Of a stretch of DNA of 64,000 nucleotides, positions 45,612 to 55,420 are shown piece by piece. This stretch comes from a virus (lineage: Duplodnaviria > Caudoviricetes): the IMG/VR virus record IMGVR_UViG_3300033073_000736, positions 1 through 64,000 of that record, one strand, 5' to 3'. The position numbers and the translations under genes were made by a program. The notes beneath the pieces were generated by a model. That model was given only the letters and a program-made list of their open reading frames with translations, was not told the origin of the DNA and made no database searches. Numbering within the stretch: position 1 is the first letter of the stretch; every line of letters begins with the position of its first letter.

Positions 45612-46595
45612 TTATACACCAATTTCAACTGCGTCAACACTGTCCCCGTACAACTCCATGTACCAGTCAGTTCCTCGTGTATCCCCTTTGAAAGAAACAC
45701 TTCTCACCCTGTAATATGAATTGAACGCCTGATCTTCTGTCACCACTTTGAACAAACTATTTGGCCTGATTTCAGGATTGAGCAAAGCCTTCACCCTCAC
45801 TCCCCACCGAACGTATTTAGCCTTCTTGGAAATACGGGGTGTCCCATCCTTCTTTGGTTTAAGTTGTTTCTGACTTATAAACAACTCACCCTCTTTATCA
45901 ATTGCCTGACCAACAGCTTTGCTAATTTCTTCACTGTCCATGAATGGAATATCAATCAATCCACTCTCTTTGGACAGGATGAATGCCCTTTCGGCCTTTT
46001 CATTTGTCGTGTATCGGTCAGTTACAATCAACTTGCCATCTTGGATATTCCATTCAATAGCATACGTCTTGGCTAGGTCATCCAGCACTTGTTTCCCTGT
46101 CCCCATGGCTGTATAGCCATAAGTGCATTTGATCTTTGTCCATTCACCAGAAGAAGACGGCGGGACAGCAAGAGAGAGGGAACGGGCCACGCTATCTACC
46201 ACTGCCTTCAAGGAGATGGATTCCGGGAAAGTTTCACCAATCTTCTTAATCCCTGTATTGATAAAGCCGGGTACAAGTTCAAACACCGTAACTTTATCAC
46301 TTCCTTGCTTTGTTGTCTTGATATTAATAACATCAGCAGATAGAATGGTTTTTAGATTTCCCTCATACCCTGCATCAAGAGTCAAAGTTCCGAAGCGTGT
46401 GTTGATTAGTTTAAGTGTCTCATCTTTCAGATTGAAAACAGACACATTCCCTTTATTGGTGTTTGTCCTATTATCAACGTACAAGTCAACATCAAACTGA
46501 ATACGCAAATCCTTGATAGTAACAATCGCCCCATTTTCAGGATTCTTGAATGTGAGCAGATATTGCCTGTTCCATTGTACATTCTCTATCTGCAT
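45612..46595 (-). CDS. baseplate hub protein
   Basis: I.F......N...I..NL...L.AGY...W.IQDG.L...GLI..P...LLNP.I.P. Confidence 0.82.
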   Translation of the reverse strand: MQIENVQWNRQYLLTFKNPENGAIVTIKDLRIQFDVDLYVDNRTNTNKGNVSVFNLKDETLKLINTRFGTLTLDAGYEGNLKTILSADVINIKTTKQGSDKVTVFELVPGFINTGIKKIGETFPESISLKAVVDSVARSLSLAVPPSSSGEWTKIKCTYGYTAMGTGKQVLDDLAKTYAIEWNIQDGKLIVTDRYTTNEKAERAFILSKESGLIDIPFMDSEEISKAVGQAIDKEGELFISQKQLKPKKDGTPRISKKAKYVRWGVRVKALLNPEIRPNSLFKVVTEDQAFNSYYRVRSVSFKGDTRGTDWYMELYGDSVDAVEIGV

Positions 46596-46613
46596 TACCT
46601 TTCTCCCTTCCTT

Positions 46614-46946
46614 TTATGCCACATAACTGAAAATGAAATTATCCGCTATCTTGGACATGGTGTCACCACTCTCCACTGTGTCATCGGTTAGTGGTGTAAG
46701 CATGAAATAACCTTTCAGTCCAGCATTGAAACTATCAAACGTGAACATCTTCCATTCAGTTGTCATTCGCATTCCGTCAATCACAACAGTCCCATCTTTG
46801 AGAGAGACAGTAATGTGATACCACCCCGTCCTTGCAGATTTGGTGAAAGAAATGGAAACATCAGTGTTACTGAGGTTGGTTGAGTATGAAAAAGATGTTC
46901 GATTATACAACGGGAGAAGAAATATGTCTGCCATGTCAATCTCCAA
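46614..46946 (-). CDS. baseplate-associated virion protein
   Basis: Position and length typical of this module. Confidence 0.7.
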   Translation of the reverse strand: MEIDMADIFLLPLYNRTSFSYSTNLSNTDVSISFTKSARTGWYHITVSLKDGTVVIDGMRMTTEWKMFTFDSFNAGLKGYFMLTPLTDDTVESGDTMSKIADNFIFSYVA

Positions 46947-47763
46947 TTGTTCCTATGATTCCATTTTTATAGGATGAGTTTAGTTTGATCAGATATGACT
47001 TTGCATTATCTCTTGTAGACATAGCATCGGCATTTCTGTCTTGTCTAGGTTTGTGGTTTTCCTGATTAGTGTCTGCTGAAGGGTCGCCTGTTCCATTAGC
47101 CCCTTTTATTGGCTGCTTATTTCCTTTTCCATCTGTTGTAGCAGCACCGTCCGCCACTTTCTGAACTATAATCTTCTCAGCATTCGCAAATTGCACTTTC
47201 ACTTGTACAACATTCACTCGCTCAATGCTGATATTCGGATAGATGGCATACCCGCTGTCTGGGGAGGTGTCAAACGAGATGTCTGTAATAATACAGTTGT
47301 CCCACTTCTCAATCTGGCTTTCATTACCAGACATTGTATACCCGAGAATGGTGACAAACTCCTTATTGCGTTGAATGGCAATAAGTTTATCCTTCACCAC
47401 CTTCATTGCTGCTTTGACACTGTTCCCATCGGCAGAATAGTCTTGTGGGACTGCCTCGCTTGAAAACTCAGGTGTTCCCGTCCTCTCCCCCACCTTCCCC
47501 ATACTTCCGCTTCTTCCACCATCCCCTATGTCATAAACTTTTACAGATTGGTTTGCAGAGTCTTTAAGAGGATTCCAGAAGTTGTAATCACTCACCACCC
47601 CTTGAATACGAAACTTGATATTGTCTGTGATAACATGATCACTAATCTTTGTTCCATCTTCAACAGGATGGGAAGTGACACTGCCAGAGTAGGTTTCAGA
47701 GAACGAGAGAATGCTATCGAAAATGATAACATCCTTGTTCTGTGTTTTTAGCACATAAATCAT
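46936..47763 (-). CDS. distal tail (Dit-like) / tube initiator protein
   Basis: FD......T....T.HPVE.G..ISDH. Confidence 0.8.
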   Translation of the reverse strand: MIYVLKTQNKDVIIFDSILSFSETYSGSVTSHPVEDGTKISDHVITDNIKFRIQGVVSDYNFWNPLKDSANQSVKVYDIGDGGRSGSMGKVGERTGTPEFSSEAVPQDYSADGNSVKAAMKVVKDKLIAIQRNKEFVTILGYTMSGNESQIEKWDNCIITDISFDTSPDSGYAIYPNISIERVNVVQVKVQFANAEKIIVQKVADGAATTDGKGNKQPIKGANGTGDPSADTNQENHKPRQDRNADAMSTRDNAKSYLIKLNSSYKNGIIGTIGD

Positions 47764-47778
47764 TTTCTAACATTCTCC

Positions 47779-49818
47779 TTAGTTGTACACACCCACTCCA
47801 CCGAGCAATTTCTGAATATCTGGCACAAGAGCATTCCCCACAGCCCTGCCAAATTTCTCAGGGTCATTTTGCGCCCCTTCCACCTTGCTTGCATCAATGT
47901 TAATGATGAGGGGGCTGTTTGTCATCATGTTGGGTGAATACCTTGGTTGCTGGATGGTTGGTTGTTTCTTGTATGGGTTGTTAGGGTCTGGATCAAAGGT
48001 AACATTATTGCCCACCCATTCCACACCCTTCACAATCTGACCAACAACCGGAAGATGTTCAGCCCCTTTTTTGGCAAAGTTAAAGGCGTCCTTGATAGTT
48101 ATATTGCTAACATCTCTTTTCAATAACTCCCACCCAGTTAAAACCTCCATAATGAATGTATCCCACAAAATCATGGCATATTCAATATCAAGCTGCCACG
48201 CATGTACCCAATTATCTTCACCGTTTAAATAGTCTGCTACGGATTGGGCTACATATATAAGCCCACCAAGCAATCCAGTCAGTCTTGCAACAGCCGGGAT
48301 TGCTGCCCACACTCCTCGTGTAAACCACATTAGCGAAGACGTGGCACCAGCCAATCCTTGCACTCTAAGCAGAGTCAACGCTGCTAATATCCCACCAGCA
48401 CCAAAAAATCCGAGCAAGAAGAGTTTAATCGCCCTAGAGTTTTCAGCCATTACCTTGAACAACTCCTTCCATCCTTTAGCAATGAGCAACAACCCTTTGA
48501 ATAAGGGAGTGAACACTCCTACAAGTTTAGTAAGAGCGCCAAACATTTCTGTCAACAATTCATCCAATCCGCTTTCCATCATTACTTGGGAAAACTCTCG
48601 CATTTTATTGTTGAAGCGTTCTTGTGCAGCAGCAGACATTTTTAATTGCTTTTGAAGTTCTGGGGATGCAGAGGCAAACGCTCCCATTGCTTCAAGAGCT
48701 TTAATGACGACATCAGCAGATACTTGCCCATTTTCCATTAGTTTGAACAAACCGGCTGTATTTGTTCCAGCGGCTTCCGCAAAATACTGAATCACACCAG
48801 CAGCATGTTCACCTAACTGGCCGCGCAATTCTTCTGCGGTTACGCGTTGTTTATTGAACATCTGTTCAATAGCTTTGTTAGCCAGTCTAATCTTTTCAGC
48901 ACTCATCCCCAACAAGCGGAAATAAGTTTGCGCACCCTTAAAACTCTTTTGAAGAACATCTGTATCAAACTGTTCCTTACCAGACATGAACATCTTGGCG
49001 AAACTCTGACCTACATCAAGTACAGAAATACCGAGTTCGTCTGCTGTCTGTTTTACAAACTTTAAGTTCTTGTTAAAGGTTTCAGTATCACCGGAGATTG
49101 CTTTGAGCATATTCTCCATTGCCATCATTTCACGGCCAGTAGCAATCATTTCTTTGAGGGCGTAACCCACAGCAACCGCGTTAAACAGTCCCATACCAGT
49201 AGGAAGCATAGGGCGTAGCATTGCAGCAGGCCACGTTTTAGCAATTCCCGATGCCCTTCCCCAATATCCGATGTATTGGTTGCTATCCTCCCCACCACCC
49301 CCTCTAGGTCTACCAGCCCCTTCTCTACTGCCTCCGTATCCAGCACCAGTCTGACTGATAGCACTGGAAGGGACTTGACGAAATCTACTAATACCGGCTG
49401 TAGCAGCTTTCAGCCTTTCAAAACTAGCAGACAGCAACATAATGGCTTGAGCATATTCAGCCACTTCATTCTTTCTGCCCTGAATGGCTTGATGCAGTTT
49501 GAAGATGGAAGAAGCAAACCTGTCGGCCCATTGTTCGCTACGCTGAGACTGCTGACTTACAGCCATTTGCATATTGTTCAGGTGTGTAACGCTTTTCTCA
49601 ATTCCATCCATCCATTTCGTAACACCTCTGGTGTCAGTCATTTTCTGGAATTGCTTGAATTGAGCCGTCAATCCTGTAAGTTGATTCTTCAACTTCCCTG
49701 TCTGAACAGCAGCTTCTTTCAAATCTGTTTTGAGAGAGGCCATCTCCTTTCGGAACTCAGTCAGGCCATCCTTATCTACTTTAAATCCTACAGTAGCAAA
49801 TAGCTTTGCCAGTTCCAT
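47779..49818 (-). CDS. tape measure protein
   Basis: Helical, Ala/Gly-rich; QMFNKQRV.AEELRGQLGE TMP motif; C-terminal TM-like segments. Confidence 0.9.
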   Translation of the reverse strand: MELAKLFATVGFKVDKDGLTEFRKEMASLKTDLKEAAVQTGKLKNQLTGLTAQFKQFQKMTDTRGVTKWMDGIEKSVTHLNNMQMAVSQQSQRSEQWADRFASSIFKLHQAIQGRKNEVAEYAQAIMLLSASFERLKAATAGISRFRQVPSSAISQTGAGYGGSREGAGRPRGGGGEDSNQYIGYWGRASGIAKTWPAAMLRPMLPTGMGLFNAVAVGYALKEMIATGREMMAMENMLKAISGDTETFNKNLKFVKQTADELGISVLDVGQSFAKMFMSGKEQFDTDVLQKSFKGAQTYFRLLGMSAEKIRLANKAIEQMFNKQRVTAEELRGQLGEHAAGVIQYFAEAAGTNTAGLFKLMENGQVSADVVIKALEAMGAFASASPELQKQLKMSAAAQERFNNKMREFSQVMMESGLDELLTEMFGALTKLVGVFTPLFKGLLLIAKGWKELFKVMAENSRAIKLFLLGFFGAGGILAALTLLRVQGLAGATSSLMWFTRGVWAAIPAVARLTGLLGGLIYVAQSVADYLNGEDNWVHAWQLDIEYAMILWDTFIMEVLTGWELLKRDVSNITIKDAFNFAKKGAEHLPVVGQIVKGVEWVGNNVTFDPDPNNPYKKQPTIQQPRYSPNMMTNSPLIINIDASKVEGAQNDPEKFGRAVGNALVPDIQKLLGGVGVYN

Positions 49819-49833
49819 GCCTCTTCTCCTTTC

Positions 49834-50085
49834 TTATTGTTTTTGGCTCTTACGTCTGCTGTCATCTCTAAGGGCAGCATTGACATCAAGCATTTCAAGC
49901 ATGTCATAAAAATCGGGAAGAGAATATACAGTCTGCAATTCGTAATAACTACACAACTTTTCTTCAGCAGACAAGAGATTGAGGATGCGTACATCCACTG
50001 TAAACCTCTCTTCAATCTCTTTGTACAATCTCTTTGTGCCAGAATCCTGTTCTGACTCGCTAGGATTTAAGCCCCGATGTTTAAA
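49834..50085 (-). CDS. tail assembly chaperone extension (GT), reached by a -1 frameshift
   Basis: The -1 frame is open from the slippery T TTA AAC to the stop at 49834. Confidence 0.7.
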   Translation of the reverse strand, partial: FKHRGLNPSESEQDSGTKRLYKEIEERFTVDVRILNLLSAEEKLCSYYELQTVYSLPDFYDMLEMLDVNAALRDDSRRKSQKQ

Positions 50086-50453
50086 CCTAGCTTTGAAAAA
50101 ACATCAGCGAAGTTGGCTTTCAACACTTCCTTCACCAATTCAAACAGTGTCCCTGTACGTCCAGCAAACTCAAGGTCAAAGTTGATAGCGGAAGTTCCTT
50201 TGGTGACATTAGAGCCAACCAAGTCTTTAATCAGCGACACAACATCCACTTTATCCATTTGCTCAATCAGGGCATTGATGGCAGCGGTCAGCACCTTCTC
50301 GCCATCCCCATCCGTAGCAGCCGATTGCAATTCCATGAATGCAGGGCCAAGCAGTTTAATAAGGCGGGTTTCAATACCGAGTGCCTTGGTGGCAGGGAAT
50401 TGAGAAATCTTGTAGTCCACGCCATCAACGTGGACATCAATCTGGTTAATCAT
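50067..50453 (-). CDS. tail assembly chaperone (G)
   Basis: Lies between tube genes and TMP; ends LGLNIGA over the slippery site. Confidence 0.8.
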   Translation of the reverse strand: MINQIDVHVDGVDYKISQFPATKALGIETRLIKLLGPAFMELQSAATDGDGEKVLTAAINALIEQMDKVDVVSLIKDLVGSNVTKGTSAINFDLEFAGRTGTLFELVKEVLKANFADVFSKLGLNIGA

Positions 50454-50494
50454 TCTTTATGCTTCCTGTTAATAGATTAAATCAGTAGACTTAA

Positions 50495-50926
50495 TCAATA
50501 GATTAAATCGGTGAGAGCAGTGAATTGAAGTGCATTGACAACAAAACTCCATTCTCGTTCGGTTGTATCATTTCCCAACACGAGGTCGGGAGCGGATAGG
50601 ATGTATCCTGTAGAACTAATATTTGGTTTGGACGGTGAGCTATTGCTGCTCAACACTTCAACTCGAAAGAATGAGTTGGCATTTGCTTCGGACGAAGCGT
50701 AGAGATGTTGCAGCACGACATTGCTATCGCTTGTTTGCAACAGTTTGACATTGAGACGAAAGGGGTGAGGGAACGATTTGACTCTTGCAGAATAGACAGC
50801 ATCTATTCCATCTATATTTTTGAAGCTATCATTTCCTCTGTTAACTCGGATTTCAACCACCCCTGTTAAGGAATAACCACCAATCCTCACTTCATTTTCA
50901 GAAGGGTCATAAACTACAGAAGTCAT
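50495..50926 (-). CDS. tail tube-like protein (paralog 3)
   Basis: YDPS...IGG..L.G...L.QTS.SN..L...REW.F. Confidence 0.75.
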   Translation of the reverse strand: MTSVVYDPSENEVRIGGYSLTGVVEIRVNRGNDSFKNIDGIDAVYSARVKSFPHPFRLNVKLLQTSDSNVVLQHLYASSEANANSFFRVEVLSSNSSPSKPNISSTGYILSAPDLVLGNDTTEREWSFVVNALQFTALTDLIY

Positions 50927-51462
50927 TACGACACACTCCTTACAATAGATTTTATTGCATTACTGCTGATTGACATTCCTGCTTGAATTGCTGAAAGGGC
51001 CGCAAGAGCCTCTGTAACAAATGTTGGGTCATCAGCATTGCCACCAATCAGACATTCAACATCGTTGCACATGAATGTCCATTGCCTTGTGGCAAGGGAT
51101 TGCCCAAAATCCAATTCCGGCAAGGATTCAATCCACACATCCTTGGCAAAGAACATTGTGTTTCCACTATTGTCCTTGATAATCAGTGGCAAGTATTGCA
51201 CCAATTTGATGTTGTTTTCGTACAGCAGTTTTTGTACACCGTTCAGCAAGTCATTACTCTCGCTTGATTGTGCAAGAAATATCTCCACTTTCCATGTGCT
51301 ATAACGTTGTTGTGTTATGGCAACAGTTCCATCCATTGCACGTTTGCTCGTATAGAGCGGATCAGTCCGACTGATACGAACAACATTGTCAGAACTAAAC
51401 CCACTAATGTTAACACCAGCAAATGTAATTCCGATATCACTAGGGGAATAGGTATACATCAA
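50926..51462 (-). CDS. tail tube-like protein (paralog 2)
   Basis: TYSPSD...G....L.QSSESN..L...RQW.F. Confidence 0.78.
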   Translation of the reverse strand: MMYTYSPSDIGITFAGVNISGFSSDNVVRISRTDPLYTSKRAMDGTVAITQQRYSTWKVEIFLAQSSESNDLLNGVQKLLYENNIKLVQYLPLIIKDNSGNTMFFAKDVWIESLPELDFGQSLATRQWTFMCNDVECLIGGNADDPTFVTEALAALSAIQAGMSISSNAIKSIVRSVS

Positions 51463-51520
51463 TTCATTCCTCTTGAATTAAGAGGGCGTCCTTGCCCTTT
51501 ATTATTATTCCCTTGAGGCG

Positions 51521-52048
51521 TTATTGACGCCATTCAGCCGGGACAGTGCCACCAAGTTTCTCGATAGCAGCCACATCTTCCGGGCTAATCTTGCTATTAC
51601 CACCGATGAAGTCTTCCATACGGGTGCAGTGAAAAACCCAATCACGGTTGTTCAGGCTATTACCGTATTGGCTGTTAGGCACAACACCGATATACGCCTC
51701 TTGGGCAAACGCTACAGCACGACCAGAACCATCCTTCACAGTAAGGGTGAACAAGCCGTCGCTATTACGGCTGTCACGGTCATTCTGGTACAGGTAGGAC
51801 AGAATGTCGTTAGACGCACTGCCCTGACCGAGAGAGACAGTGACTTTGCCAGAGGTGTTATCCTTGAATACGCGAGTGGCGATGTTATCAACACCAGTCA
51901 CATGCTCGTAGGTTTCACTGTCACGTTCAACATTGATGTGACTATCTTCAGCATAGCCAGCAATCACATGAACCAAGCCAGTAGATTCCTGACTAATCAC
52001 AACATTTACATCAGACGGAGAATACGTCGAAGTACGAGTAGAAGCCAT
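51521..52048 (-). CDS. tail tube protein (DUF3277-like)
   Basis: TYSPSDV...G.A.D...G..T..L.Q.S.SN..L...R.W.F. Confidence 0.85.
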   Translation of the reverse strand: MASTRTSTYSPSDVNVVISQESTGLVHVIAGYAEDSHINVERDSETYEHVTGVDNIATRVFKDNTSGKVTVSLGQGSASNDILSYLYQNDRDSRNSDGLFTLTVKDGSGRAVAFAQEAYIGVVPNSQYGNSLNNRDWVFHCTRMEDFIGGNSKISPEDVAAIEKLGGTVPAEWRQ

Positions 52049-52063
52049 TTATTATTCTCCTTA

Positions 52064-53356
52064 TTAAGCGTACACAGTGCCAGCGATGGTGGTGTACATA
52101 ATAGCACCAGCAAGACGGGCATTGAACGTAATGTCTGGCAGAACGCGAGTGGCACGAACAGCGGACGAAATATTCAGCACGTTCGGAACACTAATCACAG
52201 GGGCAGGAGCAGAATCCAATCCACCAACACTAATCCCTTCTGCAATAGCGCGACGGATTTCAGCTTCCAGAACAGCCGTACCCTTGCTGGTATAGCCAAT
52301 CTTGCGAGTGTTCACTTGCTGGAACCAAATCCCTTCTTGGATACGCGCCTTCAGCCAGTCGGCGAAGATAATAACATCAATCCATTCACCGACACTCACT
52401 TTCCCGCCAATCACGACATCAACACCGCCGATATTGGATTCATAAGTGGAGCCATTCTTGCCTTTGATATAATTCGCTTCAGCGGAAGTGAGAACATCAG
52501 CAACAATGCCAGAAAGCGTTTTATAGCACCAGTGCGTAGAGCCGGGTTGTTGAGCGCCAAAATAACCCACCCAAGCGCATTCAATGAAGTTGGTGTCAGC
52601 AGAACCATTCCAGATATAGAAAGTGCGGTCATAATTCAGAGCCTTAATCTGACTGAAAATATCAGACGTAGACGAAGTTTTGACAGCAGCGGCTTGGCTG
52701 GAGAACACATAGACTTTATCAAGAGTTTCGATAGCAGCGGCAATATCCAGAACGTCCGCATCAACATGCGACTCAGTTGACAGGATGTACCAACTATCAT
52801 TCACCCCTTGAACAGCCGTAATCGTATCAGCCCATTCTTCAGTGACAGTGCCATTAGCCAGCGACAGATTAGCCGACAACCCCTTGATTGCATAGCCAGT
52901 GCCAGCAACAGTCGGAGAGATTGTAATTGTAGTTGTACCACCGACAGTGAGACCAGTCACGCCAGCAGTTACGATATCTGCACGCAGCCCATCACAAATC
53001 TCAGTAGCAGTGGCGGAGCCATCAGACGTGAAGGTGATTGCTTCCCCCTCTAGATTGAACGAATATACGGCACTGTTAGCAACAGTGGGGGTGATCACTA
53101 CATCAGGAACATGTCGTCTACCAACAACAATCTTGTCCAGCCCTTGCTCTTGAGCAAAATATTTCTGAGCAGCTTTGTAAACATTAGACGTGCTGGCAAA
53201 ATCAACAGCCACTTCGGTAACGCTGTTATACTCCTTAGCACGTTCCGAGAACGCAACATGAGAAGCAATGAAGCAGGGAACGGCAAACGAAGCACGTTGC
53301 ACTGCGGTAGTTTCACGACTAATCGTGATATCAATGATGTCATTAAGAACAGTCAT
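52064..53356 (-). CDS. tail sheath protein (DUF3383-like)
   Basis: I.ITI......F...Y.AA..YF.Q...KTL.G...G.WID.I...DW. Confidence 0.9.
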   Translation of the reverse strand: MTVLNDIIDITISRETTAVQRASFAVPCFIASHVAFSERAKEYNSVTEVAVDFASTSNVYKAAQKYFAQEQGLDKIVVGRRHVPDVVITPTVANSAVYSFNLEGEAITFTSDGSATATEICDGLRADIVTAGVTGLTVGGTTTITISPTVAGTGYAIKGLSANLSLANGTVTEEWADTITAVQGVNDSWYILSTESHVDADVLDIAAAIETLDKVYVFSSQAAAVKTSSTSDIFSQIKALNYDRTFYIWNGSADTNFIECAWVGYFGAQQPGSTHWCYKTLSGIVADVLTSAEANYIKGKNGSTYESNIGGVDVVIGGKVSVGEWIDVIIFADWLKARIQEGIWFQQVNTRKIGYTSKGTAVLEAEIRRAIAEGISVGGLDSAPAPVISVPNVLNISSAVRATRVLPDITFNARLAGAIMYTTIAGTVYA

Positions 53357-53371
53357 GTTCTTCATCTCTCC

Positions 53372-53947
53372 TTAGTAAGTTATTGTAATTGGCAACGTAC
53401 CGGCTACATTATTGGCTTGAGTAAGTGTTCCGTTAATGTTTCCATCATCAATGGAATCGAACGTCACGGTGAGATGTTTGTCGTAAGCCAGCGACACATC
53501 TATTGTGTAAAGCGAATAAATATCTGCTTCACGTTTCTGTTGGGAACGCCTCAAATCACCAACACGCAGTACACTCATTCCATTGTCAGCAAACAATTGC
53601 CTGTAATAAATGCTTTGCATCTTGAGTTTGAAATCTTCCGCATAATTGGCAGCATTCGTATTACTGCCACCAGATGTCTTATCCTTACCAACAAATGTAA
53701 ACCTTACAAGAGCCTCGTAAGGCTGACACACGATTGTCTGTCTTGTTGTTCCATTGACTGTCCCGCTTTCGCTACTCATACCCACAGCATTCTCTGAAAT
53801 CAGGAATATGCGGCAATAAGGAGAAGCAGGTTCAACACCATTCTGCATATCAAAGATGGTTGTGATACCAGATACAGTGGCAGTAAATGCTGTGTAGATG
53901 CTGTCTTCAATAGAAGTGAAATTACTGTTTGATACACTAGACATCAC
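53372..53947 (-). CDS. tail terminator / neck protein
   Basis: Position; QNG..PA.PY motif. Confidence 0.7.
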   Translation of the reverse strand: MMSSVSNSNFTSIEDSIYTAFTATVSGITTIFDMQNGVEPASPYCRIFLISENAVGMSSESGTVNGTTRQTIVCQPYEALVRFTFVGKDKTSGGSNTNAANYAEDFKLKMQSIYYRQLFADNGMSVLRVGDLRRSQQKREADIYSLYTIDVSLAYDKHLTVTFDSIDDGNINGTLTQANNVAGTLPITITY

Positions 53948-54315
53948 GCCACCTCTTTACGAACAGCAATGGCTTGATAACTGTCCAACACACCAAGATT
54001 GTACAGATTTACTTCACGGACTTCATACACATCACCATTCCATGTCACTTCGTCACCACGCTGCAACACACTTCCTTCCTTTGATGTACGAAGCGATTGA
54101 CTGATTCCGTCAGTGATGATGAAAATGGAATGTTTGCTTCTATCCCCCTCAGGAAGCAGTTTTGTCATCTTCCCAGAAGCGTTAGGTTGAATGTTGCATT
54201 TGATTGTGAATGTAGAATCTGCCCCGTCTAATGCTCTACCATTCACATAACTCATTGTACGTCTGGTGAATGTGTATGTTGCTTTACCAACTGAAAGAAA
54301 CAATGGTGTTGTCAT
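53944..54315 (-). CDS. head closure (stopper) protein
   Basis: IQP...L..LPEG.R...GD.V.W.G..YEV. Confidence 0.78.
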   Translation of the reverse strand: MTTPLFLSVGKATYTFTRRTMSYVNGRALDGADSTFTIKCNIQPNASGKMTKLLPEGDRSKHSIFIITDGISQSLRTSKEGSVLQRGDEVTWNGDVYEVREVNLYNLGVLDSYQAIAVRKEVA

Positions 54316-54854
54316 TTAATTTCCACCTCCTTCTTTCGTTGTCCGTAGGCATCATTATTAACAATCTTGGCTGTGATATTTTCGTACATGAAAGATGTGT
54401 CATGCAATATCATTGTCTCTGGTGATTTCTGTTCAAGTGTCAAAGCAGAGTTAGGCTCAAAATTCTGCTCGTCAATTGTTTCCTTGACACTCTCAACCAG
54501 CCACTTCCCCATTTCCACCATGTTCTTCTCTTGCTTTCCTTGCAAGATGTTGGCAAATACAGCAGGGGCGGATTGCCTTACAAACCATTTAGCTTTGGCA
54601 AGAGACTGTGTGAAGAACGGGCGAGGAGGGGAATAATTCCCGTTAGGCAGCGTAAACCCGTTTTCATTCAACCAAGCCACGTGGGCAACACGTTGCCCAC
54701 CTCTTCCGCGAGGGTCATCGGGTGGATAAACAGCTTCATTTACAAACCCGTATTCAATCTCTTTCTGATTCAAGTCTTGCAAGTGTTTCCACAAAGCATC
54801 CAAACCAGAATAATCCATCTTCACTTCATAGCCTAGTGCCTTACTTCCTGCCAT
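54312..54854 (-). CDS. tail completion / neck protein
   Basis: VA..NE.G....PPRPFF...L.DT..M. Confidence 0.78.
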   Translation of the reverse strand: MAGSKALGYEVKMDYSGLDALWKHLQDLNQKEIEYGFVNEAVYPPDDPRGRGGQRVAHVAWLNENGFTLPNGNYSPPRPFFTQSLAKAKWFVRQSAPAVFANILQGKQEKNMVEMGKWLVESVKETIDEQNFEPNSALTLEQKSPETMILHDTSFMYENITAKIVNNDAYGQRKKEVEIK

Positions 54855-54856
54855 GA

Positions 54857-55318
54857 TTACAGTCCAGTAATGCTGGAATCAGTCCAGATTTCTTTTGTCA
54901 GATAAGATGGGGAACCACTGTCGTTTGTCACGCCCTTATAAATCTGTGTTGTTGGTGTGTCCGTATCAAGCATATTCGCTTCCATGTCACTACGGCTAAT
55001 TCCACCAGCGTAAGGGGTGAACTCAACATCGTAGATGGCTGGATTAGCTAAAGCAAGTTTAAGTGCTTGCATGTAGTTGTTGAACGTATCCGCACCATAG
55101 ACTTCAACTTGGTAGGCACGTTCACGGCGCATCTTGGCAAGAGAAAGCAGGATGATTGGCATCAATTCTCGTGCTGTACGCTTTTCATTACCACTGTTCT
55201 TATCGAGGTAGTATTGATATGTAGCATCATCAAGGAAAACCAATGTTGTATCAATATCACCACAAGCAAGCCTGACTCTATCCACAGCACTTGTAGCCGG
55301 ATTGCCTGTGTAGGCCAT
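54857..55318 (-). CDS. head-tail adaptor
   Basis: VRL..GD......L.D..Y.Y.L. Confidence 0.8.
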   Translation of the reverse strand: MAYTGNPATSAVDRVRLACGDIDTTLVFLDDATYQYYLDKNSGNEKRTARELMPIILLSLAKMRRERAYQVEVYGADTFNNYMQALKLALANPAIYDVEFTPYAGGISRSDMEANMLDTDTPTTQIYKGVTNDSGSPSYLTKEIWTDSSITGL

Positions 55319-55381
55319 TGCTATTCTCCTTTTGTTATTCTCGCTGTTCTATTGTTCAAATACACTTATTGAAATACACTT

Positions 55382-55405
55382 GAACAATAGCCCCCGAAGG
55401 GGCTA
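55382..55405 (-). terminator. terminator-like hairpin with cUUCGg tetraloop after the capsid gene
   Basis: TAGCCCC-TTCG-GGGGCTA followed by TTGTTC on the minus strand. Confidence 0.7.
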
Positions 55406-55420
55406 AAGCTACTCGACGGG

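Noticed and set aside
50495-52048. Three paralogous tube-like genes as a novelty
   Set aside because: As I recall, this arrangement is usual for this type of myovirus tail module.
51524-52780. 418-aa plus-strand ORF opposite the tube and sheath genes
   Set aside because: Antisense shadow. The same reasoning applies to 53111-53797, 57160-57894, 59636-60445, 42778-43566, 15417-16283, 29372-30196, 19200-19892 and 12983-13684.
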